From Blastocladiella emersonii ATCC 22665 (taxonomy: Eukaryota > Fungi > Blastocladiomycota), in contig JANHCV010000018.1 in NCBI GenBank assembly GCA_025594325.1, forward strand, positions 62,001-126,000: 64,000 nt of DNA. Reading direction: 5' to 3'. Under the pieces are notes generated by a model, which was given only the letters and a program-made list of their open reading frames with translations, had not been told where the DNA came from and made no database searches. The position numbers and the translations under genes are program-made. Every line of letters starts with the position of its first letter. The stretch's first letter is position 1. Shown piece after piece: positions 60,616-64,000 of this stretch.

Positions 60616-63277
60616 GGTGGGGGTTGACGGCGCGGAGGGTGCGCAGTCGGACGGGGATTGGGTGCGCGATTCAGATGATTCGATGGTTCGTATGCAACGG
60701 ATCGCACGGGTTTTTGGTTTGAGGAAAGCGTCGAGGGGGCAGCGCAGCGCGGCGATCTCGGGCGGAGGGGGTGCGGGCAGCGGGGCAGCAGGGGCAGCGG
60801 GGGCAGCGGGGGCAGCGGGGCAGCCGGCCCGCGGGCGGCGGGCGGCGGTTGCACCGTGCTAGACGGCGCGCATATTCGATGTGCAGCGCCGGGCCTGGGG
60901 CCGAGGGGGAGACAGTGGTCGACGCGTCGCGGCGCGTGCGAGACACGGCGGGCGCGAGACACGCACGCGCCGACAGGAGTGACGGCGGCGGCGGCTGAGC
61001 GCCCGCGCGGCCGAGAGGTGGCAGGTCGGGCGGGGCGGGCGCGCGGGTCTGGTTCCGAGACGAGGGTGAGAAGGGGAGGTGGAGGCGGAAGTGCGCGGCG
61101 GTCACGGGGGCGCTGGTCGGTCGCTCGCGGGCAGGCAGCGCGCGCTGCGCCACGGCTCGCTCCGCTCTCGTATTCCCGCCCGCTTTCCCCCCGACACACG
61201 CTGCAATGCGCGCGCGGCGGGCGGCAGAGTCGACGAACACGGATGGAAACCCGATGCAACGACGCCCGCGGGCGACGCCGGGTGCGCGCGGCCGGGCTGG
61301 GTCGGTGGTCGCGCGGCGCAACCGTGGGGCTGACGCGGCGCCCGCCGCTACCGCCGACGCGCCGACAGCGATGCACCGAGCGGGCGGCGATGCCTCGGTC
61401 GTGTGGGCGGGCTTAGTTCCAAACGCCGGGTGATCGCATGCGTGATGTCTCGGCGTGTGAAACCGCGTCGCGCGCGCCGCCGCCCGCCTGGCGCCCGTCG
61501 GGTCTCACGCTCGCTCGCTCCATTTGATCACCGCCCGCACCCGCTGACCGTCGCCCGTCCGACCGCCGACGTACTCTCCTCGCACTCCAGCACGCCGACC
61601 GACACTTGCGGCAACGTCTTCGTCATCCCCGGGAGCGCCACGGCGCGGCGGCTCACCGTCATGCCGCGAGAACTTTCCATTGCAGTTTTACGTCGTGTTG
61701 CCCGTGGTGCGGCGCCGCGGCGACTTCTTTCACGTTTGCGGCATGGTAATCCGATCGCAATCGAGCGTCGACCCGTCGGCGGCACACTTCTCGCGGCGGG
61801 CCTCGTGCGTGACCTACGCGACGCGCCACGCCGACGCGTCCGAGTTCTGCGACAGCTGCTTCACGTGGGCTGGCCTAGCCCGTGCGCTCGTTTCGCCGAG
61901 CCGGGCTCGACTTGTTCCCCCGTCGCCCCGCGCTGCCGCCGACGGCTCTCAGCGACAATCTGGATGTATCGACCCGCTATGGAACTCACACGCAACGACC
62001 GGCCCGCAGACTGCGCGCTACGTGGTCGGCCGCGGACCGGCCACCCGCGCTGCTCACGCTCCTCTCGCTGTTCGAACCGCGCCCGACGTTTTCGCCGGGC
62101 CCCCTCTCATCTCATCCGCGCGCTCCGGCAACCGCCCCACGCAGTCTGGCCAGCCCGGTGCTGCTTTTCGGTCTTGGCGAGCGGCGGGTCGGCCCTCTCG
62201 CTGTCGACTCGCTTCATCTCGCTACATGCGCTTTCGCCAACGGCTTACCTACGTGCGGGTCGCTCGCTCACAACCGCTTCCCCGCGAAACTCGCTCCCCC
62301 AAGTCGGCGACCTTCTATCTTGCCCCTTTCCCGCTCGCTGTCCGAACCCTACTCTTGCCCGCGCCGCCGAGTCCTTGCGCCCTTTCGCCCTCTCCAACCC
62401 TTTGGAATCTTGCCACGGTGGCAGGCGTCACGTCCCATGCTACTTTATATATCGTCCCGAAAACCTCCTCCCCTCGACGAGCTGTCGCTTTCGCATCAAG
62501 CCACGCGAACACGTCCACTTTGCCGAGCAGCTCGCTCCTTCGCGGTCACTGATGCCTCTTGTACCGCACGAACGGACCAGCAGCGGGTCACGGCTCTGCG
62601 CTGAGGGCCGCTCGAGCAGCCCTGCCTTGCTTGCACTGCTCGAGTGCCCGGCCCCGGACGCTATCCAGGTTCGCCAGCGCTCGCGCACTTTCGCCCGCGA
62701 CCACGGCATCGGCCACTCCGTGGAGTGCGTTGAAAATTGTGCTTCCTTGACCTTCGGCACGGCCACGGCAATGTTCTCGATGCTGCTCATGCCGTCCCAA
62801 CCTCCTCGTCTACGGAATGCTTCCCCTCCACAGCTTTGCGACGATCGCCCAAACATACCGCGACCCATCGAAACATGCACCGCCAGATCTGCCGAGCTGA
62901 CGGCCGCGGCGCGCGTCGGCATCTCCGCATCGTGGTACTTGCCGCTCATCACGGACGAGTGTGCCTGCTGCGTTACGTTTCCACGCTGCCCATCAATTTC
63001 TCCGGCCTATCGCGTGTGATCTCGCAGCTCTCGCAACCACCCCTGAACACCTCTCGCTGTAGCCTGCGGATAAAACTCGCCCGCGCATGTCAACTGATGT
63101 TGTCGTGTTGGACTCGCTCGTCGCGACGGCGGGCGCGGCGGTCGCCTCGATCAAGACATTTTTGAAGAATGAGGACCTTCCCGACGACCGCATCAAGATG
63201 TACTCATCATTTATAGAAACACGAGTAGAAGGACAAAAGAGCAGCGCGCGGTACGGATGGGGAGCAAACAAACACTC

Positions 63278-64000
63278 TTAGACGTGGAAGATCCAGGTCC
63301 GCATCTGGTAGTGGACGACCATCATGGCCGTGGACATGACCATGACGGCCGAGGCGAGGATGAGCTGGAGGGGCGAGTTTTTGCGGAGCTCCTGGGCCAG
63401 GTTGGTGAGCAGACTGATGGACATGATCTGGGCAATGAACGGGCCAAAGAAGAGGAACCGCATGCCGGCGGGCATGCGCTGCGCCGACAGAACCTCGGTG
63501 AGCCCGCCCGCCTTCCACACGCTGAGGGCCACGAGCCCGACAAACACGAGGTGCGTCAGGGACGTCGCCGCCGCCAGGTTCTCGAGCCGGCTGGTCGCCG
63601 ACGGCACCGGCTTGTCGGCGTCAATGACCGTCGGCGCGCGCATCGCGCCGATCAGGCCCTTGACCAGCCACAGCAGCGTGTACGCGGCGAACACGGCATG
63701 GGCCGCCGTGGTGACGGGGACCACAAACTCGGCCGACTCGGTGTACGACACGGGCTCGAAAGCGACGGGGCCCTCGCGGCCGACCGCGTTCGTGACGAGG
63801 TACCAGCTGGGCGCATTGGACTCGGTGCCGCCGGGGAAGATTGCGGCCGTGAAGGCGGGCGCGTCGCGCTGGCCGCTCGCGGCCGCGGAGAACACGATTA
63901 GGTCGCCCGCGCGGCGCACCGAACCGTCGGCGGGCAGCGTCGAGGACTGGGTCGGGGTGAGCTCGATGGCGGTGGGTGCGGACGCGCCGGCAATGGACGC
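63278..64000 (-). CDS. Uncharacterised membrane protein, C-terminal part with about 4 TM segments; starts beyond the window
   Basis: The reading frame is open to the window edge with coding-type codon bias. Hydrophobic segments: VFAAYTLLWLVKGLIG, LVFVGLVALSVW, FLFFGPFIAQIMSISLL, LQLILASAVMVMSTAMMVV. Confidence 0.7.
   Translation of the reverse strand, partial: ASIAGASAPTAIELTPTQSSTLPADGSVRRAGDLIVFSAAASGQRDAPAFTAAIFPGGTESNAPSWYLVTNAVGREGPVAFEPVSYTESAEFVVPVTTAAHAVFAAYTLLWLVKGLIGAMRAPTVIDADKPVPSATSRLENLAAATSLTHLVFVGLVALSVWKAGGLTEVLSAQRMPAGMRFLFFGPFIAQIMSISLLTNLAQELRKNSPLQLILASAVMVMSTAMMVVHYQMRTWIFHV

Larger units (their letters stand above)
49757..62012. repeat. Right arm of the 12,256-bp inverted repeat
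   Basis: Reverse complement of 23411-35666. The only difference found is at 58290 versus 27133. Confidence 0.98.

Noticed and set aside
23411-62012. Composite transposon or giant mobile element with the arms as terminal inverted repeats
   Set aside because: No transposase, tyrosine recombinase, integrase or target-site duplication was found, and the spacer holds housekeeping genes. Mobility is not supported.
62100-63260. Short ORFs outside the right arm (62440-62952, 63087-63281)
   Set aside because: No motif recognised and weak coding bias; left uncalled.

Overview
GC-rich eukaryotic genomic DNA with short spliceosomal introns (GTRCG...CTGAC/CTAAC...YAG). The gene content (CYFIP/Sra1, SFI1-like, class C GPCR, prominin-like, fungal-type mS45, DUF1746) points by inference to a zoosporic (chytrid-grade) fungus. 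The dominant structure is a 12,256-bp near-perfect inverted repeat (23411-35666 / 49757-62012; mirror coordinates sum to 85423; one substitution found) around a 14,090-bp unique spacer. Each arm carries a polyQ-repeat orphan membrane-protein gene, an intron-rich degenerate repeat and a JmjC gene. The spacer holds single-copy genes: inositol polyphosphate kinase, SFI1-like, DUF1746, DUF1308/C7orf25-like, mS45, a secreted GPI-type protein, uS5m and a class C GPCR with a PH-like tail. Left of the repeat lie a conserved block (SRP40 C-terminus, CYFIP, RPB5, ketopantoate reductase) and an accessory zone. That zone holds a second orphan gene, another copy of the intron-rich repeat, a cluster of fused gene fragments (MLH1, SEC10, ketopantoate reductase) and a prominin-like gene. 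No rRNA, tRNA, CRISPR array, telomeric repeat or transposase was recognised. All identifications come from motif recognition by eye, not database searches.
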